Assembly: GCF_009834535.1 (NCBI RefSeq)
Contig: NC_045697.1
Span: 92,568,001-92,632,000 of the forward strand
Direction of reading: 5' to 3'
DNA: 64,000 nucleotides
Origin: Camelus ferus
Lineage: Eukaryota
The notes beneath the pieces are model-generated. The model did not search any database. It had not been told where the DNA came from and worked only from the letters and a program-made list of their open reading frames with translations. Below, piece by piece: positions 1 through 12,160 of the stretch (its first letter is position 1; the number at the start of each line of letters is the position of its first letter). A program made the position numbers and the translations under genes.

Positions 1-991
1 CTCCAGAATATATAAGCAGCTCATACGACTCAATAAGAAAAAAATAAACAACCCAATCCAAAAATGGGCAGAAGAGCTAAACAAGCAATTCTCCAAGGAA
101 GACATACAAATGATCAAAAAGCACATGAAAAAATGCTCAGTATCACTAATTATCAGAGAAATGCAAATCAAAACTACAATGAGGTATCACCTCACACCAG
201 TCAGAATGGCCATCATTCAAAAATCCACAAATGACAAATGCTGGAGGGGCTGTGGAGAAAGGGGAACCCTCCTACACTGCTGGTGGGAATGCAGTTTGGT
301 GCAGCCACTATGGAAAACAGTGTGGAGATTCCTCAAAAGACTAGGAATAGACTTACCATATGACCCAGGAATCCCACTCCTGGGCTTGTATCCAGAAGGA
401 ACCCTACTTCAGGAAGACACCTGCACCCCAATGTTCACAGCAGCACTATTTACAATAGCCAAAACATGGAAACAGCCTAAATGTCCATCAACAAGTGACT
501 GGATAAAGATGTGGTATATTTATACAATAGAATGCTACTCAGCCATAAAAACCGACAACATAATGCCATTTGCAGCAACATGGATGCTCCTGGAGAATGT
601 CATTCTAAGTGAAGTAAGCCAGAAAGAGAAAGAAAAATACCATATGAGATCGCTCATATGTGGAATCTAAAAAACAAAAACAAAAACAAACAAACAAACA
701 AAAACAAAGCGTAAATAAAGGACAGAAATAGACTCACAGACAGAGAATACAGACTTGTGCTTACCAGGGGGGTGGAGGGTGGGAAGGGATAGACTGGGAT
801 TTCAAAATTGTAGAATAGACTACACTGTATAGCACAGGGAAATATACACAAAATGTTATGATAACTCACAGAGAAAAAAATGTGACAATGAGTGTGTATA
901 TGTCCATGAATAACTGAAAAATTGTGCTGAACACTGGAATTTGACACAACATTGTAAAATGATTATAAATCAATAAAAAATGTTAAAAAAA
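1..991 (+). mobile_element. Young LINE-1 3' end (ORF2 C-terminus, 3' UTR, A-rich tail), running off the window start
   Basis: ORF2-like frame open from 2 to 670, followed by an (AAAC)n tract, a G-rich UTR segment (ggggggtggagggtgggaaggg) and an AATAAAAAATGTTAAAAAAA tail at ~972-991. Confidence 0.95.
2..670 (+). CDS. LINE-1 ORF2p C-terminal fragment (cysteine-rich/CCHC domain), uninterrupted within the window
   Basis: SRIYKQL...[20 protein letters not shown]...CWRGC...HCWWEC...[14 protein letters not shown]...WKQPKCPS...SEVSQ; no stop from base 2 to the TAA at 668-670. Retrotransposon-derived, not a host gene. Confidence 0.85.
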   Translation, partial: SRIYKQLIRLNKKKINNPIQKWAEELNKQFSKEDIQMIKKHMKKCSVSLIIREMQIKTTMRYHLTPVRMAIIQKSTNDKCWRGCGERGTLLHCWWECSLVQPLWKTVWRFLKRLGIDLPYDPGIPLLGLYPEGTLLQEDTCTPMFTAALFTIAKTWKQPKCPSTSDWIKMWYIYTIECYSAIKTDNIMPFAATWMLLENVILSEVSQKEKEKYHMRSLICGI

Positions 992-1611
992 TCATACAAC
1001 TTGAGAAGAGCTTTGGGTTCATCTGTTTCACAACTTCATTTTACAGATGATGAGATTGAGATTTAAGTGTTTTTCTCGTGGTTTTTTTTTTTATTTGTTT
1101 CTTTTTTCTGAGCTATTTATGCAACCATTTGTGGGTAGACTTGGGACTCTAGTGCTGGCTTTTAGTTTGAATGTTTGTTGTTTTCTTTTCAGATATCAAG
1201 TGGAATCCAGTTGTTGGAAGAAGCAATGTGATTGAAGCGTAATTTGTGAAACATTTTCCTGAGGTCATATTGGCATTTAGCTTGTAATTTCTTATTTGGT
1301 ACATTATAATGTAAAAGGAGTTTATCCTTGGCATTGGCAGTTTTAGACAATAATAATGGGATGATAGTGAGGAAACAAGACAGTCTTTTTCTGCCCTATT
1401 TGATAGACCAGGGCATCTCATGATTCAGTGACTCGAAAATTAGGTGAGTCATTTCAGAACTAAAGCACATTTTAAAGAAAGAATGTGAGATTTTCTGAAT
1501 TCACTGGGTATTAATCAGGCTAGAGCAGCAATAGAAGAACATGGCGTATTTTTCACAAATTCTGTTAGCATGTAATACCAGATAGCATGAAAGAAAAATC
1601 ATGTTGTTTCT

Positions 1612-2015
1612 AGTTATAGTCAGATCTTTATTTAAAAATCTGATCTGCCAACTTAGTGTTTTCCACCAACTTGGGGCACAGAAACTTACATGCTTCACAG
1701 TCTTTTGCTTAAGTGCTGCCTTCGTGGGATCCTTTGCAGCAGCCATGGCTATGTTTCTAGATACTTGCTTAGCCTTTTCTGCTTCCTTGGCAGCCCTGAT
1801 GGCATGTTCTCATTGAGCCTTCCTAACTTCAGGTTTCTGATTCCACCTGTCCATTATATCAGCAAGAGATGCACCAGTTATGGCCCTCTGGAATTTGACT
1901 GCATGGCGGGTTCTTTTATTTTATTTTTAAAAATTTCTTCAGATTGTCCCTTTTTGTGCTTTCTTCTGTAGAGGACAGTCCAGTTGATCAGCCGAGGATT
2001 CCCCTTGGAAAGGAA
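1612..2015 (-). pseudogene. RPL24: Processed pseudogene of 60S ribosomal protein L24, 5'-truncated
   Basis: Minus strand reads [28 protein letters not shown] ... [25 protein letters not shown] ... [16 protein letters not shown] ... VGGKH*. No introns; premature TGA; A-rich insertion frameshift near 1915-1932; terminal TAA at 1653-1655; AATAAA at 1627-1632. Confidence 0.95.
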
Positions 2016-2439
2016 TTGTGGTGTATATATGCATTATGGTTCCATTATGAAGTTCTGCAAACTATGAACCTCATGCCATAGACAATGATAAGATCAATTT
2101 TACATTTCAGAAGAGCACTCTGATAGATTGGGAGAGTGCAAACTAAAGGCCAGATTATTGGTGAGTAGGAGTAGGCTTCTGAAATAACATAGGCAAGAAG
2201 GTTTTTTCCCTGTGAGAGGGGAAAAAAATAGATAAGGAAAGAGATAGGAGAGTCAGAGGAGGATGCCGCCAGAGTAAAGAGGTATAAGAAGGAAAGAGGT
2301 GAAGGTGTCAACTGTTGTTGACACTAGGAGATCTGAGCTGAGGCATTATTGCTCCAGGGCTGCCAAGCTCTACTGCCAGAATGTGTCGCAGAATTCTCCA
2401 TTTTCAAATCCATCCTTCTTCTTCCTAACAAAACATCTT

Positions 2440-2955
2440 GGTTTTTTTTTTTTTAATTGAAGTACAGTCAGTTTACAATGTTGCATCAATTTATGGTGTA
2501 CAGCATAATGTTTCAGTCATATATATATATATATATATGTATACACACACACACACACACATATTCCTTTTCATACTCTTCATCATTATAAGTTACTACA
2601 AGATATTGAAAATAGTTCCCTGTGCTATGCCGTAGAAATTCGTTGTTTATTTATTTTATATATAGTAGTTACTATGTGCAAATCTCAAACTCCCAATTTA
2701 TCCCTTACTACCCCTGTTCCCTGATGGTGACCATAAGTTTGTTTTCTATGTCTGAATGTCTGAATCTGTTTCTGTTTTGTAGACAAGTTCATTTATGTCT
2801 TTTTTTTTTTTTTCAGATTTCACATATAAGTGGTATCATATGGTAATTTTCTTCCTTTCTGGTTTACTTCACTTAGGATGATGATCTCCAGGTCCACTCA
2901 TGCTGCTGCAAATGACATTATTGTATTCTTTTGTATGGCTGAATAGTATCCCATT
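2440..2955 (-). mobile_element. 5'-truncated LINE-1 3' end with 15-bp TSD
   Basis: Poly-T at 2442-2454, L1 3' UTR/ORF2-end similarity, TSD CTAACAAAACATCTT at 2425-2439 and 2956-2970; internal (AT)n(AC)n at ~2519-2560. Confidence 0.92.
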
Positions 2956-3236
2956 CTAACAAAACATCTTAAACTCCTTGGGTTCATCTCAGCCATTCTA
3001 TTGTTGTGTTATCTTTGCCTGATTTTTATAATTTTTCTAATCTCTATTTCTCTTTTCTGTAAAATATGATAACTTTATAGTGGGCAAATTCAGTTACTTA
3101 TCATCAGATTATTGTCAGGATTACATGAGGAAATTAATGTAACATGTTCTGTGCCATGTTTGGTACATGTTAATCCCTGAAGAATCAGTAGGTATTTAAA
3201 TATTTTACTCAGTTCATCAATTAAGATGTTAAACTC

Positions 3237-3360
3237 GGGGGAGGTATAGCTCAAGTGGTAGAGTTTCTGCTTAGCATGCGCAGAGTCCTGGGTTCAATCC
3301 CCAGTACCTTCACTAAAAATAAATAAACTTAATTATCTACCCCCAAAATAAAAAAAAAAA
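3237..3360 (+). mobile_element. tRNA-Ala-derived SINE (camelid vic-1 type)
   Basis: A box TAGCTCAAGTGG, anticodon-like TTAGCAT, B box GGTTCAATCC, A-rich tail; exact 14-bp TSD AAGATGTTAAACTC at 3223-3236 and 3361-3374. Confidence 0.9.
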
Positions 3361-3390
3361 AAGATGTTAAACTCTTCCACAAACCCTCTC

Positions 3391-3490
3391 NNNNNNNNNN
3401 NNNNNNNNNNNNNNNNNNNNNNNNNNNNNNNNNNNNNNNNNNNNNNNNNNNNNNNNNNNNNNNNNNNNNNNNNNNNNNNNNNNNNNNNNN
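3391..3490. other. Assembly gap (100 N)
   Basis: Run of exactly 100 n characters, typical of an unknown-size gap placeholder. Confidence 1.
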
Positions 3491-5459
3491 CTGGAATCAT
3501 CTTATCTTTCTTTCATCTACAATTGAAATCCTCCACATATTTAAAACTGAAATCAAAAGTCACATTATCTGTGGAGCTTTCTCTGATCTCCTAATCAGAA
3601 TTAATTTCAAGTTATTATATTTGATCTTGTATTTATCACTTAATCATTATCTTTATAAGAATTTTTAGCGAATTTTGTGCCAAATTCTTAATTTCTTAAA
3701 ACCAGGGAACTTATATTAGTCACTTACTTTTTAATAGCTCCTTGAAAAGGATAGATACTCAATAAATGTGTTTTTCCATGTAGTCTCTAGCTATACCTAG
3801 TTCTATTATTATTTAGGGGAAGAGCAAATATCAGTAGGCAACTATGTGTGTCTGTCCCTAAAGCCAAAACAATCAGACGAGGAACTTGTAGTGATTTACA
3901 TCAATCAGTATGGAGTAGGTGTACCTACAAATAATCTATATATTTTCAGCACCAGTTCAGCCTAGGGTCTACAGGAAAAGGACATGGCAAAAGAAGGGTA
4001 AAACGCACAGTAGAGTAAGAACAACTTGATCTGCCTAGGCCTGATAATTTGACAGTTCAGGAGGGCCTGGGGAGATATGCAGAGTAGCGTTAATTATTAT
4101 CCTGGAAGTGGATGAGTTAAACACACACACACAAAATAGAGCAAGCACATTCGATTTCTAGTTTCAAAGTTCCATTTCTGACTAGAGCTACAGGCTTCCA
4201 TCACCCACCAGAGATTTAACACTTAAAACTGAGACTAGATTATTTAGGAATTACTTAATATATTAAAAGGCAAAACTATGATGCTTCAGTAAAGATAGTT
4301 TGTTCTTCTAAGTTTGCAAAAACTACAAAAAGATGGAGATGAAAAACTACAGTATGATAAGGCAGAACAATAATTTTCTAATTTGCCTGTTTAAAATGAA
4401 CATAATTTTCAAAGTCTAAGAATCATTCTATTAATTAACATTGTGACTATGTTATCCTTTGAGCAATAATCTTTCATTTGGCCTTACCGTTATTTTGCTA
4501 TAAAATACTGAACTTAACCATAATATCCTTAGACCTTGAATTTCAATATAAAACGCTAGAATTTTTTTTTCCAAAATCTGACTAAACCCAATTTTTATTC
4601 ATTTAATTAAAACTAAAATTATACTCAATTATTCTTTTAATTTTACCTATTTTAGTAATAATCATGACTCGCCACTCATCTAATAAAGTAATTTCTATTT
4701 ATGATTACATCAGTGAAATGTCAAAATAATCCATTTGGTTAGAAGATACAGTGAGCTTTCAGAAGTTATTGAAAGGTTATGAACAAAACGTTCAACTTTC
4801 TACAAATTATTTTGAAGTTCTTTGGAGCATGTATTCAGATATTCTTAATTTTTCAAAACTTGAATATTAAGCAAATCAATCAGTGGGCTTCTGATAACTT
4901 ATAAAATGGTAACTATTTTATAAGATATTGGTAATAGTAACATAAGATAACGGATATTCTTTTGGGTTTCTCCCATATAATCTACTTCAGAAAAATTACA
5001 GAGCAATAGAGAAGCATAGGTTTGAATGATTAATACTTAAGAGCAAGACAGCTGGGAGATCAAAGGCTACTGTGAAGTAGGACATGTTTAAGTGTTTATG
5101 GGTGTGGGGTGCCAGGCAGATGGCTTAGTAGCTTGTGGGTTAACAACATCCTGGGAGAAAAGTGAATTGCAGTAGGAGGCTAGAATGGAGAGAGTTTTAC
5201 AATGCTGATCTTAGAATCACATTATCTTGGAAATGGCAGTACTTGCCATCGCCACAGAACTATCTGGCCAGTGTCCTAAGAGCACGCCCTGCTGGCCTGA
5301 ATTGCTAATGGAACAAGCGCAGGAAAAGATGAGAAGTTCATTGCTCCATGCCCACCTCCTCTAAACCCAAAGATTGGTGTTATGCCTCTTAGGTACAAAG
5401 TTTTTTTTTCTTGAGTTCTTTTTCTAAGAGTAATTTTTTCTTAAATCAGAAATTGCTAA

Positions 5460-5885
5460 TTATCTCCTAGGATCTATTAGGCTCTCTTCCCTGTAATAAT
5501 AGAGACACCTGAATTGTAGCAGGGCACAAGTCTGCTTCAGTAGACACTGTGTTCCTAGCTTCCTTTGCAACTAGATGTGGCCATGTGATGGAATTCTGGT
5601 CAATAGAATATAAATGGAAGTTTCTGTTTTCATAAAGGAAAACTTCTGGTTCTCCCCATGTCCTCTTTTCTTGCTGGCATAAAAATTACAACATATGTAG
5701 CAACTGACTTGGACGCAGGATTGCCTTTTATCCGTAGTCTTTCAATGACTTTGTGGTGAAGAAATATCTTCACTAGACAACTCCCATTTGACAAATAAGT
5801 GGAAAAGGAACAATTCTTTCATGTAGAAGTTATCATAACCTTGAGTCTCCTTGATACAGAAACCTAACCTAGACCCTGTAATTCA
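5460..5885 (+). mobile_element. Old ERVL/MaLR-type solo LTR relic (LTR16/MLT1J-like)
   Basis: ttcctagcttcctttgcaactagatgtggccatgtgatggaattctggtcaatagaatataaatggaagt resembles the conserved core of these LTRs. Confidence 0.55.
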
Positions 5886-6099
5886 GGGTATAAGGAGGAA
5901 TTGAAGACAAAAGAGTAGTTAGGTAGAATGGTTAAGGCATGACATTTATCAGAAGGTTTTCAAGTTTCCTGAGATTCTTGAACCTGGGGCTTATCCCTCT
6001 GTCTTTTAGTTCACTAGGAAGGACACAACTAGGACCTACCTCTTATAATACAGTCACCAAAAAGGTTAGGTGATTACCACCAGGGGAACAGAAACTCAC

Positions 6100-7345
6100 A
6101 AGGCAAAATAATAATATCTGAGAAGTAAACCCACTGTAAAGAAAAACAGCATGTGTAACATGATGCTGAATTTTTGGAACAGACAGAATAAGAATTTAAT
6201 TTTAATAAATTTATGAAAGTTTGTTATATAAGAATATCAGTAATCAAAAAAACGAATGGTTACAGAGAAATTTTACTATGGTTGACGAGTTTAATTCTGA
6301 TTAGAGATAGTTAAAGAATGAGTAAATGAACAGAAAAATAATATTTTAAACATTTTAAAGGCAACAGGAAAAGGCACTGAAATAAATACTAAGAAACCAG
6401 GGAGAGAGAGAAGTAGAATTGCCAGCACTTAAACATAGACTACCAAAGTGAAAACAAATGTTTGAAGAAATAATGATAGTAAACTTGCAAAATTAATAAA
6501 GTTTAACATATAGTGAAACAACTTAGAATGCCAAGCTCCCTAGTGAAAGGAAATCTATTTAGAGTCAGCATGTTATAATAAAATTTAAGTTTGTCTGTAT
6601 TAAAATTTATTTGTCAAAGACAAAGAGCAAATTCTAGAAACTTTGAAAGTAAGAGGATGTTTGCACATTTTTCCTGATAAAGGGAGAAATAACTAACAGT
6701 AGGTATTCACTCTATGAAGTTAGTATAATCTTGAACAAGATAGAGACAATACAGAAGAAAAATTACAGATCTGATTCTCTTAGGAATACAAATGAGAAAC
6801 CCCTAGATAAAACAATACTTGAGTGACTTAAGTGAATCCAACAGTGTACTAAAGTTAATGCCTCATAGTCATATAAAAGTTATCACCCCAAATCTTTTGC
6901 TGATTCAACATAAAAACTATTGGCGTTATAATTTACCACATTAATGAATTAAAAAGAAAGAGTGTATATCACAGATGTAAATAAAGATTTTGATACAGAT
7001 CAATACTTTGAAAAAACAACAATATAAAGAAGGAAACTTCTAATATGGCAAGAGTTGTGTTATGTACCAATACCTATATGGACATATTCTATTTAAGAAC
7101 AAGAGGAAGACAGAGATTGTCATTAGCATAGTCACTCTTTAACTTAGTATTGAATGTCTTATGGTATAAGGATAATAGAAAGAAGAGAGGGTGTAAGGGA
7201 GAAAGAGAAGACAGAAATATGGAGAGAGAGTAAAAAAAAGAAAAGAAAGGAATTAGGGTATAAGGATTGAAAGGGGTTGGATTAAAATGTCATCATTTGC
7301 TAATGATATAATCTACACAGAAAAAAACTGACAGCATCAAAAGCC
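6100..7345 (+). mobile_element. Ancient, highly decayed LINE-1 (ORF1 end plus ORF2/RT fragments)
   Basis: aaagacaaagagcaaattctagaaa (KDKEKILK-like), aaaattacagatctgattctctt...aatacaaatg (NYRPISL..ID-like), tcatcatttgctaatgatata (LFADDMI-like). Confidence 0.7.
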
Positions 7346-8759
7346 ACTGGAACTGATAAGACAGTGGAGAAGTAGTATATTTATACAGAAATCTGAGGTC
7401 TGGAATTGTCCTAAGGGAGCATGATAAAGTGAGCTATTTCTGAAAAGAAACTGTTTTATAGTGCAATAATAGAAAATAATTGACTTGAAGTTAAATAATT
7501 CTCTTTCCCATCCATATGTGGACGGAGTGTTGGATAGCAATGGCTGAGTGCAGTGCCAGTGCTGTTTTTACTAGAGTGGTCCAAGAGTGCTGGGAATTTT
7601 TTCTAGCACTTTTGGCCAGGTTTTATCGTCATCTGGGAGACTACAGTTTATATACTATCCCATATAAAATTATTTTATAAATAAAGAGTAGTCTCTGAAA
7701 CTGAAAACAGTGACCCGCATGATTATTCGTACCAGTGTTGAAAGTAAGGCTTTGACTCACTAAGGATGTGAGGAATGCAAGACATGTCGCCTGGCTGATT
7801 CTAACAATACTGGGGAAGCTCAAAGAAAGAAAAAGGATGGCTTCAGGTGTCATGCTCAAGAAAACTCAGGGTCAGGAAACTAGGAAAACTTCTTTTTCCT
7901 TTTAGCTATGGGAGTTAAGTCCTTGAAAATGTGATTCACAGTTTTACCATGCATGTCCCTGAAATACAGCATATGTTGAATTCAAAGCCTCATCAGTTCT
8001 CTTAAATAAAAATAAATACATTGTTTGTTATCGAGTGGGATTCCAAAATTCAAATGGACCCACTTAGCATAATTGAAGGAAATCTGTTCTAAGGTGACTT
8101 TCTGTGTCTAATCAAACTAGTAGCTGTGAAGTTCACTTACTACAATATATTTCAAATCCTCACTCACTAAGAAAGCTACTAAATGAAATATAAGATGAAA
8201 ACATTTTTAAAATTGTATCTCTGTGCCTACTGATTTTATTTATTTGAGCTGTTTGTACTTAGAATTTTAATGAGAACACATCTATATGATAATATTTTAC
8301 TCTAAAATCTATACCTTTAACTGCATAAACTGTAATTTGATTTAAGTTTCAAAATTTATTTCAAATGTTAAAATGACATATTAACACAGGAATATATGAG
8401 TAATAAAGTAAGCATCTGAAATGCAAAGATAATATAAATGCTTCATTAATTAACCAAAAGGAATATGAGAATTAGTTCTTAAATCAGAGCTTTTTACTCA
8501 TAGTATATAGTTGCAATAAAACAAATGGAAGTAATAAGATTATTTCATAAATAAACTGTAATTCAACCAAAATGTTTCTTAGTTTAGTGGCATGAGCATT
8601 GCTTGGAAATCAGGGTTTTATAAATATATCTCAGAAACGATTACATTTTACACTGCTACAAACACTTTGTTTTTTAAGCATTAACTCTTAACCCTTTAAT
8701 CTACCTTCCAGAAGTACAAACCAGAGTGTCCTCCTCATATATTTCTAATTGTGTTCTAC

Positions 8760-9240
8760 CCATGCTTAAAGTTTCTGCCTCAGTAACTTTCTATTATTCT
8801 TAAGATAAACTAAAATTCCCTCTGTATCCTACAAGGTCTTGCATGACCTGTTAACCTATCTATACTTATGTTTCACTGTTTTCCTTTGCTTTAAACTGCT
8901 GTTCTGCTATTTCACTTCTTCCAGAACTGTAGGTCTCAACCTCCAGTGGAACTTTGTACAATTTCCTGAAACATTTCACTCTCCCTCCTCGAATTTGGTA
9001 ACCTGTTGTTTTACTTTCTCAGAAATAGCCTTTCCTGAATTTTCAAACTAATCTGTATTTCTCTATTATATGTTCTCATAGCATCTTTTTTGTGTGTGTG
9101 TGTGTGGCACTTATTTTCTCTCTGTGATGTTTGATAAAGGCTGTCTCTAATTATACTGAGTTCTGTGACTATAGAATCCTGTGTTGTTGTTAATCGTGAA
9201 CTGAATGCCCATAGTTATACCTGTAAATAGTTGGTACTTA
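8760..9240 (+). mobile_element. LINE-2 3' relic
   Basis: cctacaaggtcttgcatgacctg, ttctcagaaatagcctttcctga and a 3' end resembling ...gtaaatagttggtacttaattaata. Confidence 0.55.
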
Positions 9241-10314
9241 ATTAATATTATTTCTGCTTAAAGAAGTGAATTTTAACATCACCAATTTATGTTTGTTAAC
9301 ATTACAAATCCAAATCACCTTTTTAAAAATTATATAGTGTATATGGTGCTGTTTGCTAATGTAGGTGGTATCCCATGGAAATGTTATGCCCTGACGTTTT
9401 TGTTTTCTTCTGTCCTGCCTGATATCTCCATAGCTCTTATAAAAGGCTAAGCTCAACTACAGTTGTTGTTATCCAATTTTTTTCATTAACAGATATAAGT
9501 TAAAAGTCAAGAACTATCACTTAGTGCAATTTAATGAGAATATCTTGTGGGATTAATCTGAAAAAGAACCCACTGATGGGGTGACCATATATAGAAAGGA
9601 AAGTAGATGAAATTTGTTCTTTTTAAAGCTAAACAGCAATCTAGTTGAGAGAAAAGCAATTTAACTTATTAGTTGATAAATGTTTATTGAGCTCTTACTA
9701 TGTTCCTCACATTGAGGATACAGTGGTGAAGAAGATAATTTGTGTCAGATACAGGATTTAGCTTACTCTCATAAGCTAAATTTGATACAAGATCTTAGAG
9801 TAGAATTAAAAGTCATACTAAAATGTTCAGCAGATTTGTGAAGGAAAGAAGTTCTAGATGGAATTAAATATGGATTGCTATTATAAGTAGTTTACACAGT
9901 ACCATGTAAACAATTGTTTAAGAAGTACATTTATGTTTGTTGAAAGGGTAAGTTAAATTATAAGAAGTACAAAATTCAGAGCAAAGAAAATCTGTACCAT
10001 GACTGGATGGTTGGAAATTAGGATGGCCAGAAAGAGAACAAAGAACTTGGACAATAAGCAAAGAAATTACAAGATAATTTATATCCATAGATATCTAAGG
10101 TTTAGGAAAAGGGTTTTAGGTTAATAAAGAGAAGTAGTTCCAGATAAGGGAAGAAGATTAGAAATTACTTAAATTAGGCTATGTTTGTTTACCCTCATAA
10201 ATCTTTTTGTAGGAAGTTAGTATCAAAACCCACTTTTTAACTTCTATGCGTATATAACTGAGATAAGGACAGATTTGAGAGAGGATGATCAAAGGTAGAA
10301 AAAAGTACTTCTGT

Positions 10315-10775
10315 TTCTTTCAGTGTTGCTAATTGCAGATCACAGAATTCCCTGTAGCTGGTTTAAGCATGACTGGATTTTATAGGATGGTACTCATCTT
10401 AAAAATTTCTCTAGGAGGTTAGGGATCAGGTTTCTATGCTAACCAATCAGCAACCAATTGAGCCAGGAGAAACACTAAACTGCACACAGAAACCGTTGCT
10501 AAAGGTGTTAAAGAGGCCACATGCTGGAGACCAGTCACCAGGACTCTGCCCCAGCAGTATGAAAAGCCTCTGACAGGATCTTCTCTCTGGGAGCCGATGC
10601 CTCTTCACATTCTTCACACTGCCCTACTTTGTTGAAATTAATTAACGTATCTACATACCAGCTCCAAGTAAATTTGGAAACTTTAGTCTGTAGCTGTCTA
10701 GCATTTAGATTATGAGCAGATATGCTTGAAGGGTTTGGAAGGGTATGGAAAGAGCCAAACAGTTTTATCCTCCAT
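10315..10775. mobile_element. Old MaLR (MLT1-type) LTR relic
   Basis: ttgcagatcacagaattccctgtagctggtttaagcatgactggatttta resembles the terminus of old MLT1 families. Confidence 0.45.
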
Positions 10776-11619
10776 AACTTGGCATTGTTTGACTCTGTTT
10801 ATCAGGACTCCTGCATTATAGGAAATGAATCTAGTATGAAATACATTATGAAGGGCATTCCAAAAAACCTCTCGGGTTAGGATTCTAAGATAAGTGACAC
10901 AAATTAGAGGTTGCCCAAGCAGACCACAATAAGTTAGAATTTGTTAATTTCTCTGGATGGCTATAGGAAAGAGGGATGTTATGGGCAGGGCGAATATAAA
11001 ACTGATGTATTTAAATAATGGATGATTTTAGTGAGCTTAGTATACAAAATGTCAAAGAGTAATTTTAAAGAAACAATTATTTAGCTCCTAAATGCTAGAG
11101 GAAAAGGGTGACAGATCAGTAGGTCTCAAGGATATTATGAAAGCAAAGCTCTCAGGATTTGTATTATTTCATTGGGATATTTAATTAGCATGAATTGGCA
11201 GACTCTATCTGGAATGAAAGGCTGGGAAGATGGTAATTCAGGAGGATACAAGAGACACAGAGTTTGTAGATTCAGTTTGTATAAACTAAATTTACTGTGA
11301 GAGAGGCAAATATTGATTGTGTTTGAGAGAGAAATCAACTGAACAGTTGCTGGAGATCACTCAAGGTAAGGCTTATCATAAATTTGGCTAGCTTGTTAAT
11401 TAGATGTCAGTAGGCAGTAAAATACATTAATGGCTTTAGCTTTACCTAAGAATGTTCTAGAAAGGCTTACTTTGCAAACCTAATGTTCCTTGTAGTCTTC
11501 CTATTGTTTCTTGAACCTGGTGTAAAGTATAAATCTGTATTATTCCAGGAATAGCAGCCTACATGGATATGATACTGGAGGAGAACCTTTGTAAACCTGT
11601 AGTTGTCTTAATTATACCA

Positions 11620-12160
11620 AATGATTCATTCACTCAAAAAATAATTAATGACTACCACTTTCTAGGCACTGTGGTAAAATAGCAAACAAAATGATGTCCC
11701 TGCTATCTTGGCAGAATAGAAATAGGAGACTGACAAACAAACATACATACATAATGTCAGATGACAATGTGCGCTATAAAGAAAATTGAGACGGGGTACA
11801 TGGGGATTGGTATTTGATATAGGGTTTTCAGGACAAGCCTTGCTGCTAAAGAATCAATGGGGTTGAGACCTGAAGGATGTGAGCTAATAAGATACCTGAA
11901 TGTCTAAGGGAATAGAATTTTCTGTAAAAGAAAAATAAAGGCAAAAAACCTGAGACAAAAGCGAGCTTCTCATGGACTGGTATAAAGGATGCTTATGTGG
12001 CCAGAGTATAGAAGAAGAGAGAAGAAATAAAGTAGAAAACTAGCAGAAGGCCAGATTAAGATCTCAGAGGTCATAGTAAAGGCCTTAAATTTTCTGGGTG
12101 TAATGGGAAGATTTGAGCTGAGAATTGAATATGATATGCCATTTAAAAAATATTTCACTC
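11620..12160 (-). mobile_element. LINE-2 relic
   Basis: attcattcactcaaaaaataattaatgactacc...tctaggcactgtg, gttgagacctgaaggatg, gtaatgggaagatttgagc: typical reverse-strand L2 3' region. Confidence 0.65.

Noticed and set aside
1501..1746. 81-aa ORF starting MAAAKDPTK
   Set aside because: Frameshifted tail of the RPL24 pseudogene reading into the flank
3237..3310. Possible tRNA-Ala gene
   Set aside because: The acceptor stem is not convincing, and it has an A tail, a 14-bp TSD and a second dispersed copy, so it is a SINE
3364..3594. ORF containing a run of X residues
   Set aside because: Artefact of translating through the N gap
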